NCBI GenBank assembly: GCA_046563655.1
Contig: CM102286.1
Coordinates: 10,354,001 to 10,418,000 of the forward strand
Origin: Yuukianura sp. NJ FZ-2021
Taxonomy: Eukaryota
Direction of reading: 5' to 3'
DNA length: 64,000 bases
Positions 26,507 through 38,500 of the stretch are shown here, one piece after another. A program made the position numbers and the translations under genes. The number at the start of each line of letters is the position of its first letter. Positions within the stretch are counted from its first letter, which is position 1. Under the pieces are notes generated by a model. The model searched no databases and was not told where the DNA came from. It saw only the letters and a program-made list of their open reading frames with translations.

Positions 26507-26555
26507 CCTGAAAATCATAAAAAAACACAGTATGAGTATTAAATAAAACACTCAG

Positions 26556-29500
26556 TCAGCGCTTTTTAGGTTTAGTAAGGCGGGAAATCAGTGACAGAGC
26601 TTTCGTACGCGCCGCACGCATGGGTTGAGCAGAAATCGCGGGATTTACGCTGGCAGGGGCGCAAATTACGGGGTTTTCGCTCGCAACAGGGAGCAGGGAA
26701 TCCTGTGCGGGTAAAACTGGTGGAACTGGGATTTCTGGGGCGGGGCTTTCAGGGGGAGCATTTTCGACAACATTTTGGGGGTCAAAATTTAGGATCATCT
26801 CGGGAAGCGTAAAAGGGACAATTTCGGGAATTTCTATGGGCAAGTTCGGAATTTCAAGGGGAATTGGATCGGGGGTAATTTCTGGAGCCTGTAACGACTG
26901 AGGGGGTTCAGAATCATCGTCAGACGACTCACGGGAACTACTGTCAAAATCGGAAACATCGTAAAGACGCTGGTGGTAAGGTTTTAATCGTTGTACGTTA
27001 ACGACTGTCTCGTGAGGTTTTCGAGGTGGGATCGAAGAGACACGAACAGTTCCATTGGCAAGGACGTCAATGACCTTGTAAGGGCCAATCCATTTCTTGG
27101 TGAATTTTCCAACGTGACCTTTTTTCCTCTGAAAGTTCCGGAGTAGAACTTTCATACCAGCAACGTAGGTGGGGAATCGGATCTGCATTTGAGCTTTTAC
27201 TCGTAAGAGCTGTTGCTCACGAGACAACTCATGGGCTACGTTGTTGGCGACGAATAATCTGTCAAAAGAATCATTAGGGGTCAAATAATCTTGGGGAAGG
27301 GGAAACAACTTATCTACCGGCAAAACCGGCTCCCGACCAAAGACAAGAAAATATGGGGAGAAGTTTGTTACCCGATGTACAGAACAATTGACGGAGAAAA
27401 CTGCTTTGGGAAGATGGAGATCCCAATCCTTATGATTTTCACTTACAAATTTTGCGATGACAGATTTTACCGTTCCGTTATGTCTTTCGCAGACACCGTT
27501 TGACTTGGGATTATAGGCAGTCGTAGAACGGTGGTCAATAGAATGGAGGGCAAGGAAATCCTCAAACTCTTCGGACTGGAAAACCGTGCCACGGTCTGAG
27601 AGAATCATCTTGGGAATACCATGACGATACAGGACATGTTTGGTAAGGACTTTGATCGCTTGAGCAGAATCTGCTGAGGGAACGGGCCAAGCTTCAACGT
27701 AGCGGGTATGGAGGTCAACTATGGTTAGGATATAGGTATTTCTCCTCGCTGTGATGGGAAATGGGCCAATGTAATCCACAGCAAGTGCGTTGAAGGGAAT
27801 GGCGGGAACGTCAAGGCCAACGCTATTAGGGGGAAGAGCGAAGTTCCGTCTATTATGTACTTGACACAAGTGGCAAGAGGTGACAAATTTGACTAAGTCA
27901 CGGTACATCCGGGGCCAGTAAAACCGGGAACGAAGGAGATGCCAGGATTTGTGTAGACCAAGGTGACTAAGGGAATCGTTGTGGACGGATTCCATCGAGG
28001 ATTTCCTAAGGGACTTGGGAAGACAAAGACGCCAAAGGTTACCAAATTCAGAGTAGTTCATTTTGTACAAAACTCCATCACGCAGACTAAATTCGCTCAA
28101 CTTTTTCGGTTCCGCTAAGGAGTGGGGTTTACCTAGCTGCTCTGCTTTCAAGTACTCAATTATGGGTAGCCATTCTGGCTCTTTAAGTTGGAGATCCTTC
28201 AACTTTGACTCACGAACTTTCCGGGGAGCTTCAGGGGAAACCGCTAAGGCCAGAAGATGATGTGTAATGGCCAAATGGTCTGTGTCAGAAGGGGCGGGGT
28301 CAACGGGGTTTCGGGATAGCGGGTCCGCATCCGTGTGGATACGGCCACTTTTATGGACAACCGTAAAGTCGTAGGGCTGGAGGGCTAAGGACCAACGGGA
28401 AATTTGGCCATAAGGGTCTTTGAATTTTAGCATGTCACAGAGGGAATGGTGATCAGTGACAACTTTAAAATGACGCCCGTATAAATACGGACGAAATTTC
28501 TCGACAGCCCAAACAAACGCTTTCATTTCCAATTGGGGGGTTCCAAACTTCGACTCGGAGGGGGAAAGAGCTCGCGAAGCAAAAGCTACAACTCTCTCTA
28601 CACCATCTTGAATTTGACAAAGCGTTGCTCCAAAACCAAGTCCAGACGCATCACAATGGACGGACGTCTCTGCTTCTTCGTCGGGAAACGCTAGGACTGG
28701 GGGAGAAGTCAACTTGTCTTTTAACGTTTGGAACGCTACCTCGGCTTCAGGGGTCCAGAAAAATGGGGTACCACGCTTTGTAGCGATGAGAAGATGGAGG
28801 GGACGGGCAATCTCCGCGAAACCTTTAATAAACCGTCTGTAGTAACTGCAAAGACCAACAAAGGAACGGACATTTTTAACAGTCGTGGGGGTAGGGAAAT
28901 CACGAACTGCTTGGGTTTTCTGGGGATCAACTGCAATTCCTTCACGGGAGACAATGTGACCAAGGAATTTCAAAGAATCTTCGGCAAAGTAACACTTTTT
29001 GGGTTTTAAACTGAGACCAGCTTTACGGAGAGCACAGAAAATCTGCGCTAAGTGGTCTAAGTGCTCTTCAAAGGAACGGGAGTAACAAACAACATCGTCT
29101 AAGTAAACGAGCGCTATGGACCATTTTAAACGACCAAGGACATTGTCAATAAGACGCTGCCAAGTCGCTGGGGCATTGGTTAATCCAAAGGGCATGACGA
29201 CGAATTCGTACTGTCCGTCGGGGGTAACGAAGCTTGTTTTCTCTCTGTCCTCTGGTTCCACCTCGACTTGGTAATACGCCTGGTCACAATCCATGGAGGA
29301 AAAGTACTTGGCACCATTTAAACGATCCAGGGTGTCGTCGATTCGGGGAAGGGGATAGGAATCCTTTCTTGTCACTGCGTTGACTTTGCGAAAGTCAACG
29401 CAAAACCGCCAACTTTCGTCGGGCTTTTTGACAAGAAGGACTGGGGAACACCAAGGGCTATCGCTGGGGGTAATCGCCTTAAGATCCAAAAGACGCTCGA

Positions 29501-31587
29501 CTTGATTTTGGATTTCTCTCCGCTCCGTGAAACCGGTTCTATGGGGATTGGATGCTATCGGTTTCGCAGTTCCTGTGTCAATTTTGTGGGTCGTTAAATG
29601 AGTACGGCCAAGAGTTGATGGATCGAAATTAAAAACATCCAAATTTGATACAAGAAAATCCTGCATCTTTTGGCGCTGTTCAGGGGTTAGGGTTTTGGAG
29701 ATCTTAAACGCCTCAATCCTCTTTTGCAGTTTCAGAGACGCGATGTCATTATCATCATCAACTGCAAGTCCGAGGATTTCGTGCGCTGGGAGAGAGGAAT
29801 GGGACAATTTGGAGCTCACATGACCGAATTCGTCTAAGTCACAGAGCACTGAGGACTCTGCGAAGGGTTCGAAGGTGCCTATGGAGATATTTTGCAGAAG
29901 TTTTACTGGTCGGTCTCCTAAATTCCACAGGAAAGTAACTCCTGCGCCATCCTTGAGGGTGGAAATAAAATTTCCAATGGCGATATGTTTTGCATACTGG
30001 AGTTCCTGACGAGGGGAAACAAGAACATCCCCGGTGAAAGGGAGATCTGTCTTGACGCTTACGCGTTTCATAGTTCTTGGGTTGATGATAATGGACCTGA
30101 CCAGTCGTAGGCACGGAGGGGGCGAAGATTTTTGTGACAAATTCGAATTACTGACGAAGGAAACTTCAGAGTCAAGTAACGAAGGGGATTTAGGGGAATC
30201 AGACGAATTCTGGGTCATGTCATGAACTAGTTTAGGGGGATTGGCCGTACAAGGGGGATTTGACACAGGTTCCGGATCCGACGCGATGGGAGAGCTCGGG
30301 GTATCTGAAACTTGTTCAGTTTCAGACAATGTTAATTTGTTTAGAACAGGGACTTGGGATTTAGGTACACAGACATACTCATTTCTGAGGTCTGTGCAGG
30401 GGAGTTCACCTTTTACAAGGCGCTCGTTAGCGGGATCCAAGAGAAAACGTTCTGAACGGAGAAAGTCAGAACCCAAAACGATTTCATTTGAAAGGTGCTG
30501 GAAAATATAGAATGGGTATTGGAAGGGGACACCATCAATGGAGAAAGAGATCATTGTAGTTTGGGGGGGAATTACAACGAACGTACGAACCAAAGGACAG
30601 TTTCACACGAACGGGTTCCACATCAACCGCTTGGGACACAATATGGGGGAATTTCCGTAGAAAATCGGGGTGGACACAACAAAGGGAAGCACCTGTGTCA
30701 CACAGGACTCGGAGTGTTTGGGTACCGAAGACTACATCAGTGTGGAACGTAGAATGTTGGGTAGAATGGATTTGGGACATGAATTTAGCCACAGAAATTC
30801 CCATAGGAAATTCGGACTCGGGGACTGGGGAATTGAATAGGGACCCATGTTCAAGGTTTGAATCTGGGGTACTGGAATTTGCAGCTAGGATCTCTGGGGA
30901 ACTATTAACCCAGTCAGCAGTTCTGCCTTGGATCGAGGGGGGATTTCCAAATTTTGAAGTGAGCGAAACAGCTTTAGGATCTGGAGCAAAACGACAAATT
31001 TCGTCTTTGGGATCTGTTTTCGGATCATAGGGCCAATGAGCAGAGGTACCAACACAAACAGAAGCAGCTTTTGGAGCGGGAACGGAACTTTGAGCAAATA
31101 TTTTCGGATCAGTAGCGTCAGTTTTCGGATCTGGAACATAAATAGGAGCAAGATTAGAACTAGGATCAATTTTAGGAGCCGACTTAGGAGCAAAATTAAT
31201 TTTAGGATCAGTTATCGGAGCAAAATTAGGATCAGAATTAGGAACTATTGGAGCGTCAGAACAGGGAATAGGTAACTTGGTTGTAAGGTTCCCAGCGATC
31301 AAAGTTGAAGTAGGGCTGGGGGTACAACATTGGGAACATTTCTGCTTTTGGACAAAAAGAGCTTCAAGTTTGTTAAAGAACTCTTCTATGGAAAATGGAC
31401 TTTGAAATTGGGGCTTCCTGCCAAAAGCCTTGCAATTTCTGTGGGTTTGGAAAGTAGGGGACTTGAATTTTCGAATTTTGGAACGTTTGGGACAAGCTCT
31501 TATAGGAGCTGGGACCAAATTTTTAGGGACTGAAATTGGGGTGGGTAGAGGCTGTCGTCCCTGCAACGGCAGCTCTACTGGTTTTCC
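26556..31587 (-). CDS. pol: Gypsy pol polyprotein (linker-protease-RT-RNase H-integrase), with a 1-nt frameshift at the G7 run 30563-30569
   Basis: Protease LCDTGAS and IVLGSDFL; RT RFCVDFRKVN, MPFGLTNAP, YLDD; RNase H CDASG, TDHHSL; integrase HHCC (H..SHLG..CHLC) and DDE core (AVDYIGP, SDRG, CERHN). Confidence 0.93.
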
Positions 31588-32896
31588 GGAGGCGGTGTTT
31601 GTTTAGGAAGGACGGCTGCAGCGATGTTCTGGAGAAGATCCGTCATTGTTCCAAAGGCAGTCATCATCGTCTTGGTCCAATCAGCATCCGGACGAGGAAC
31701 ATTTTGAGACTGTGCTGGAGGGTTTGGACTGGTTTGCAATGGGCGAGTGTCAATATTTGGGTAGGGACGTTGAACAGCCTGGCTATAATAGCCTTGCTGC
31801 TGGGGGATACAGGCTGAGGGGAATGGTCTGCTGGGAGTGCACGCTGAGGGCCATTGTAACCCGGGAGCCGCCAAGTAGGGGTGTGACAGTGTTTTCTAAT
31901 GTGCCCACTTCGGTTACAGCGATTGCATATCGGTCGTCCTTCTGCATCCCGACGATTCACGAAACTGGTTGGTTGTGAAGCCGTTTGACCAGCAGCTTGA
32001 GGGGTAGCAGGAACATTGGGCTGTTGTTGGATCTGGGGAGGGGACGACTGAGGGAACTGCATTGGGGGGTTAGGGGCAGCTGCCATTTCAAAAGCCTGCA
32101 TAGAGACTACAGGGGAAGAGCCATCTTTGGGACGGGTATGGACTTCTGCAACTCGTCGTAGAATTTTCTGAAAGTCGGAGGGGGTTTGGATATTGAGCAT
32201 TACAAAACCTTTTTCAAGGTCTGCTGGGAGTCCACGAATGAGATATTCAACCTTTCGGCTGTCACTCATCTTGGGATCCAAACGAGACAAAATAACAATT
32301 TTGTCCGCTACGTATTTGTCAATACAGTCACCCAATTTGTAACGTAGGGACTTATTCTGGGCTCTGAAATCATCTCTACGCTCTTTAAGGGAAAAATGGG
32401 AAATGAACTGAGTTCCAAATTCAGTCCAGACAGCCTCAGGATCTTTAGTGGGATCTTCCAGTTGTTCTCGAAAGTGGGGCCAAATTGAGATGAACCAAGA
32501 GCTAGCGACTCCAGTCAAAACTCTGTCGAAGTGGCTCAATGCTCCATAAGATCCGAATCCAGTTCCTCTCAGATCGTATTCGTAGCGTGCAAGGAATTCT
32601 GCAGGGTCACTCGTTCCATCGTACTTCCGGATATGCTTGAAAATTTTAATGTCCTGGGTACAAGGGAAGGGGGCATTGGGAGCCATATTGGCTTGTGTAC
32701 CATCGCTGTACACAGAACCAGGAGTAGCTGGTTGCTGCGGATTGTTAGGAACTGGAGGGGGCATAGCAAAAGTAGGATGGTAGTTTTGTTGTGCTGGTTG
32801 CATGGGGATTGTGGACTGGGATGGGGAAGGGCCTTGTTGTTGCGGTTGACCTTGTACTGGAGGGGAAGACCTGGGTCTCGCAAAATATGTCAACAT
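31575..32896 (-). CDS. gag: Gypsy gag, with an apparent 1-nt frameshift at the G5 run near 31802-31806
   Basis: Capsid-like region (KYDGTSDPAEFLARYE, YLIRGLP); zinc knuckle CNRCNRSGHIRKHC; the C-terminal Q/P-rich frame (31575-31874) ends ENQ-stop over a GGAAAAC slippery-type site. Confidence 0.85.
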
Positions 32897-32907
32897 TTGG
32901 GAACTCC

Positions 32908-33321
32908 TTAGTATCTTCGTTCTTGCAGACGGGGATTCTCGTATTCAAAGACAAGCCAGCCTTGGGTACTTGCGTAGTATTTGAAACACCAGCGGTAAAT
33001 GGGACTGAAGAAGCTCCAATGATAGTACAAGAGTCTAACCAAAAGAGCTAGACAGTAGTAGGTTTCAGTTCCGACAAGGACTCCAAGTAGTTCTGCGTAA
33101 GCTCGAGGATTTCGTCTTAGGTAGAGTACAGGGGCAACGTGTAGGGCCAAAAAATCAACAAAGACGGAAAAAGTCGATGCTACACAGGACTGGGTAATTT
33201 CAGCAACCAGTAGGGAGAATAGGTACAGGACTTCGGATAGGAACAGGATTAAACAGCTTGCAAAAAATAAAGCTGTTCCAGCAATTAGAATAGTTCGGAT
33301 TAGGGGCCAAGCGATCCACAT
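32908..33321 (-). CDS. Hydrophobic 137-aa ORF upstream of gag (putative multi-pass membrane protein)
   Basis: ATG-initiated; several long hydrophobic stretches; ends 11 nt before the gag ATG. Confidence 0.45.
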   Translation of the reverse strand: MWIAWPLIRTILIAGTALFFASCLILFLSEVLYLFSLLVAEITQSCVASTFSVFVDFLALHVAPVLYLRRNPRAYAELLGVLVGTETYYCLALLVRLLYYHWSFFSPIYRWCFKYYASTQGWLVFEYENPRLQERRY

Positions 33322-33368
33322 TTGCAGTGGGTTTCACTTAAACCACAACCACTTTTCAGCGTTTGGGC

Positions 33369-33485
33369 TTATTGTAGGAAGTTGAGCAAAATAGAAATCA
33401 AAAAGAATAGTGTAAGGTACTGGACAACAACTGCAATAACTGCTATGAGTATGATCAGAACGATGGCAATGAAGGGGTGGGACAT
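33369..33485 (-). CDS. 38-aa hydrophobic small ORF in the retroelement leader
   Basis: Manual translation MSHPFIAIVLIILIAVIAVVVQYLTLFFLISILLNFLQ-stop; below the ORF-track cutoff. Confidence 0.35.
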   Translation of the reverse strand: MSHPFIAIVLIILIAVIAVVVQYLTLFFLISILLNFLQ

Positions 33486-35082
33486 CTCTCGGGTCAGTTC
33501 AGGGACTTTCTACAATACTTAAGAAAAGAATTAATAAACCAAAAACTATTAAGAATTGCAAATAATTTAAACTTACACCTAAAAAAAAGAAATATGGAAT
33601 TCAAAATTTATGGGAGGGTTCTTTAGAAGCTGCTGTCTAGGGCTATGGATTCAAAACGAAACCAAAATCCACCAAACAGAACTTAAAATCGAAGAAAGAA
33701 TAGAACAATAAACAAAAAGATAACGAGCTGAAGTGACGGAGCAGCCAAGCCAAACCAAATTACAAAACCGTAGAGCCACAAAGTTAATTCAAAAATTGTC
33801 ATTTCTGAATTATTTTGAACCACATTGGAAGGAATAGGGTATAGGGTACTTGGGTAACTTCAGTTGCGTTGAATGCGATTGAAATTCGCAAGGGCGGGAA
33901 AATCTGCGAAGTCCGAGGTTTAGGTAGACCTCACATTAACATACTATTTCTAGTAGCTGTAGGAAAGTTCAAAGTTTTTCAACTTTTCAGAAATTTGGGC
34001 AGGGGTTTGGGGTAGCAAAACAACTTCTGAATTTGAAAGGTGGACAAAAATCTTTAATTCTAATTAATCAGGACGAAAACGCAACGTATTTTGAATTTAG
34101 GGAACGATTAGAGCCGGTTTCTGAAAAATCCGACTAGTCAGGGGAAAAGTGAAGCCTGCGTACGGTTGTAGTTGCGGGGTAATTGGAAATCGGAAAAATC
34201 TGCCGACTCTGGGGAATAGTCACTTACGCAACAAAATTTGCAAAAGCGCGAAAATTTCAAACTGTTTTAGATTTCAAAAAAAATTTGACAGGGGGGTGTT
34301 AGGGGGTTCAACTTTTTTAATTTAGGACGTTTTCAAAAAAATTTTCAAACCAAATTTTCAAAAATTTTCAATTTAAGGGACAGGGGGCAATAACTTTTTG
34401 AAAAGGGGGGCCAAAAGCTATGGGGATAAGGGACTACGTTGTAGGGGAGCTGCTTTTAGGTAGCTGGGGCGCTGCGCTATTTTTAAAAAAACTTTGAATT
34501 TCGAAAAAAACGCTTATTTTGAAAAAAAACGCTAAGTTTTTGAAAATTTAAAAAATTTTGACAGGGGGACGGGGTATTTTTACCAAAAGTTGCTGGGGAG
34601 GGACACGTTTGCTCAAAAAAAACAAAAAAACAAAACGCGCAAAGAAAAACGAAAGAACGCTGACCTTGTGTGACCTTGTCACAGGCAGACGAAGGACGAA
34701 GAAGATGACGTGGTCCGAGGTGACGTGGCCAAGTGATGTGTAGCGTGGAGAGGGTGTGGAGCGTGGAATTCGGCTCTACGGCTGCTTTGGCTGGTGATGT
34801 GGCGTGGATGGAGCGTGGGTGGAGTGGCTTTGGCTCTGGCTACGGCGTGGCTTCTGCTCCAAACTCGCTTTCTCTAGAAAAAACTGAAAAAAATCGAAAC
34901 AAAATTAGAAAATAACGAAAAAAACGATGAAAAAAAAAAATGAAAAAAATGAAAAAAATTAGGTAGGGGTCACGGGTGGGACTTGGGTGGAGCCGGTTGG
35001 CTCCAATTGGTATGATTCCGCTTCGGCTGTGTAGAGGTCAAGGTGAGGTCACGGGCTTCGGTTCCCGGCTGTAGCGCCCACT

Positions 35083-35565
35083 TGAGGGGAAGTCGGATGA
35101 CTTTCCCGACGACTGGCTCAAAGGCCACTCGACAGCAATAAATGGTGGGACGGTGGGACACACGGCTACAAGGATCAATTAGTTTATTTGAATAAAGTAA
35201 AGATACGTTTACGTATGAATAGCCGATGAATTTGTAGTGGAAGTGTCGAGAGGTCCTGGCACGATCAACCAGGTATCTTCTTGGTCTGTCCAGGGTCCAG
35301 GAGAGATGAATTGAGGTCAAGTCCGGGTCAATCGAGGCAGTAGCGTGTCCAGACACGAAGAAGGAAAATGGCTGCTACTGGGAACTGGAGTGACGAGCAG
35401 ATGGGATCCTCTCTGTGTGAGTTGTTGTGGACGACTGTGTCCAGAGAAGATGGAGGAGGAAGAAGAAGATGATGATGCAACTGCCAGAAGAAGCGGAGGA
35501 GTACAGGAGCGGAGGAGTACGGGGAACCACGAAGGCTAGAGGGGTTTTGGGGATACCTCCCCACA
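35083..35565 (-). repeat. 5' LTR, followed on the minus strand by a PBS-like sequence (AG-TGGGCGCTACAGCCGGGAAC)
   Basis: Direct repeat of 24746-25228; TGG begins 2 nt inside the LTR boundary. The priming tRNA was not identified. Confidence 0.93.
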
Positions 35566-38500
35566 TCATTAAATAACAACGCCGCGGAACAAACATTTGG
35601 AAGTCCAAATTCAACAGCACTTGAAAGAGTATTTCGAGAAGCACTGGAAGATGCTGGAGTTAACCCTGCCAGGGTTAGCTTAGTTGAAACTCATGGGACA
35701 GGAACAAAAGTTGGAGGTAAGCATTACTACTTTCAAATTTGTATTGTTTGCATTCAAATTTTGATCAAAGGCAATATTAAATTTGGCATTATACCTTTCT
35801 ACTTGTTGTTGACTTTAAGATCCAGTAGAAATGACTGCAGTGGAACACGTTTATTCTCGAGGAAGATCAACTGATGACCCACTTCTGGTGACTTCTGTAA
35901 AAACAAATATAGGGCACTCTGAAGCCTGTGCTGGTTTGGCGGGATTAATCAAAGTCCTCCTCTGCTTCAAACACAACCGAGTCCCACCGAATCTTCATTT
36001 TCAAAAATTGAACCCCAACATAAATATTCACAAAATTCCGGCGATCATTCCTGTGGAAGCCACTGAATGGAAAAATGAAAACCGATTTGCTGCGGTTTGT
36101 TCATATGGCATGAGTGGAACCAACGTCCATATAATCCTTCAAGAGCCACCGACAAAGAAGAAACTGATGAAAATTGCCGAAGAAAAACCTGCAGCAATTG
36201 AGATAGAAATGATTTGCATTTCTGCAAAAACAAGGGAGGCATTGGAAAATATGTGTCAGAAATACATATCACGTTTTGAACAAAATCCGAAACTAGCTTT
36301 GAGCGACATCGCATTTACTCTGAATACTGGAAGAGCAAACTTTCCTCATCGGATTGCAGTTGTTGCCAAAGACATGGAGCAACTCATCACAAAGCTGAAG
36401 CAAAAGAATTATGTCACAGGAAAAACTTCTCTACAAGAACAGAAAGTTATATTTTTGTTCACAGGTCAAGGGTCACAGTACTTTGGAATGGCCAAAACCC
36501 TGTACGAAGCCAACTTAATCTTTCGCAAAGCCCTTCAGCGATGTGAAACGCTGTTCCAGAAGTACTTGGCATGCTCACTGAAGGAAGTTCTGTGGGGAAA
36601 TCCTGCTTTATTGGACAAAACAATTTACTGCCAGCCTGCAATTTTCGCAGTTCAATTTTCTCTGGTCCAGTTATGGCATTCGTTTGGAATTTATCCTGAC
36701 ACTGTCTCAGGCCACAGTGTTGGTGAATTCTGCGCAGCTGTTTGCGCAGGCGTATTAACACTGGAAGATGGAATGAAACTGGTCGCCAGCAGAAGTAAGC
36801 TCGTAGATTCTCTTGAAGAAGGAAAAATGTTGGTCGTAAAAACTTCGCTTGAAAGTGCTCGGAGTTTGATTGAAAAATTCAGCCAATCTATTCCCAATGC
36901 TTTTATTGATATTGCCGCCGATAATTCTGGCGAAGAAGTCGTAGTTTCGGGAACAGTCACAAACGTAAAGGAATTTGCAATCTATTGTGAACGGCGAGGA
37001 CTTAAAGTCCAATTTATTGCCGCATCTCATGCATTCCACTCCCGTCTAATGGACATGGTTTTGGCAGAATACGGATTGGTTGCAGCGAGCGTGAAACCAC
37101 AAAAACCGAAGTGTCGTTACATTTCTGGTACACTAGCGCGTGAGTTGAAGCAAGATGATTTTAGTTCCAGTTATTGGTTGCATCACTTTCGAGATACTGT
37201 CAGGTTTCGTGACGCCGTTAAACTTATCGAAAATATCTTCGCCAACGACAAAAGAGTTTTTGTAGAAATTGGAACCCAACCAATTTTGTTGAGCCTGACT
37301 ATGGCAAATCAGCCCAATCCTACGGACGACGTGTTTTGCCCTTCACTACGCAGGACTGAACACGACATGTCTTCTATTTTAAATTCTTTATCAAAGATGT
37401 ATGTGACTGGAGTTGACATTTCATGGAAAAATTGGTTCCTTCAAGCAAACAAATTGAATCTCCCGACGTATCCATTTCAGCGTCGAAAGTTTTGGTTTGA
37501 ATGGACAAACGTTGATGCTGAAATCGAACATTCATTTTCACTACATCCAATTCTTGGACGTCGGCTACCGACAGCAGGAGTAGAAGCTGTGTTTAGTCAA
37601 ACCTTGACTAACAAGGCTATACCATACATCACAGATCACCGTGTTGCAGAGCGCATAATTTTTCCTGCGGCAGCATACTTGGAAACCATAATGGCCGCTG
37701 GGTGGCACGTTATACAACGCGGAGAAGGCGAACTCCAGTTTTCTGTACAAAATTTCAGAGTAGAGGTTCCACTGGAACTGAACAAGTCATGCCGCATTCA
37801 AACAATCGTTCGGCCAATAGGAGATAATGATTTCAGATACGAAGTTTCAATTCACAAGCAATCTCCTCATGATCCGCAAAATTGGAAGCGACATGCATAT
37901 GCGACGCTTATTCCGAATCATGCGGCTTCTTTCGTCACTTGCGTTGACATAAATGCGATGCAACAAGAGATGGAGTTGGTAGACTCGATGAACAAGATTT
38001 ATTATGAATTAGCTAAGGTCGGGTACCAATTTGGGCCTAAGTTCAGGTCAATTTCTCGAGTTTGGATTGGAAAGGATAGACTTCTGGCGGAAATTGAAAT
38101 GCCAGAAAAACATGACAGTTACATACGTCACCCAATTATTCTGGATACGATGATACAAACAGTCATCGTCAAACAAGTAGCGATACATAAAGAAAACGCT
38201 ATTCTGAAACTTCAATTACCAATTGGAATCAAACAGTTCACGTGGAATTCGAAAACATTTTCTCCAAAGGTTTTCGCATACTTGGAAAATTTTCAAGAGT
38301 CGAGTACAGTAACCTTGATGAATGATGTTGGAAAAAACATGGCGGTAATGGAAGGGGTGGAATTCATTGAGACATCGTTGTCAAGATTCCTGCATATGTT
38401 AAATCCACAAGCAGATTCGCCGCCGACATTTTTACAAGAAGTATGGCGAGCAAGGGATGGAATCACGCGGAACCGAATTGACACTCAAATATTTCAATTG

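Larger units (their letters stand above)
24746..35565 (-). mobile_element. Full-length Ty3/Gypsy LTR retrotransposon (10,820 bp)
   Basis: Two 483-bp TG...CA LTRs; 4-bp TSD TCAT (24742-24745, 35566-35569); gag with CCHC knuckle; domain order PR-RT-RNaseH-IN. Removing the element restores the KS frame G-T-S-L-N-N. Confidence 0.97.

Noticed and set aside
25295..26551. Retroviral env gene
   Set aside because: No TM anchor, fusion peptide or Cys pattern; the hydrophobic start in the ORF track (MFYLILILCFF) is the translated polypyrimidine tract.
24645..35644. Short ORFs duplicated in both LTRs (for example MSRHEEGK..., MSGHATAS...)
   Set aside because: They are identical only because the LTRs are; there are no recognisable domains and several cross the LTR boundary.
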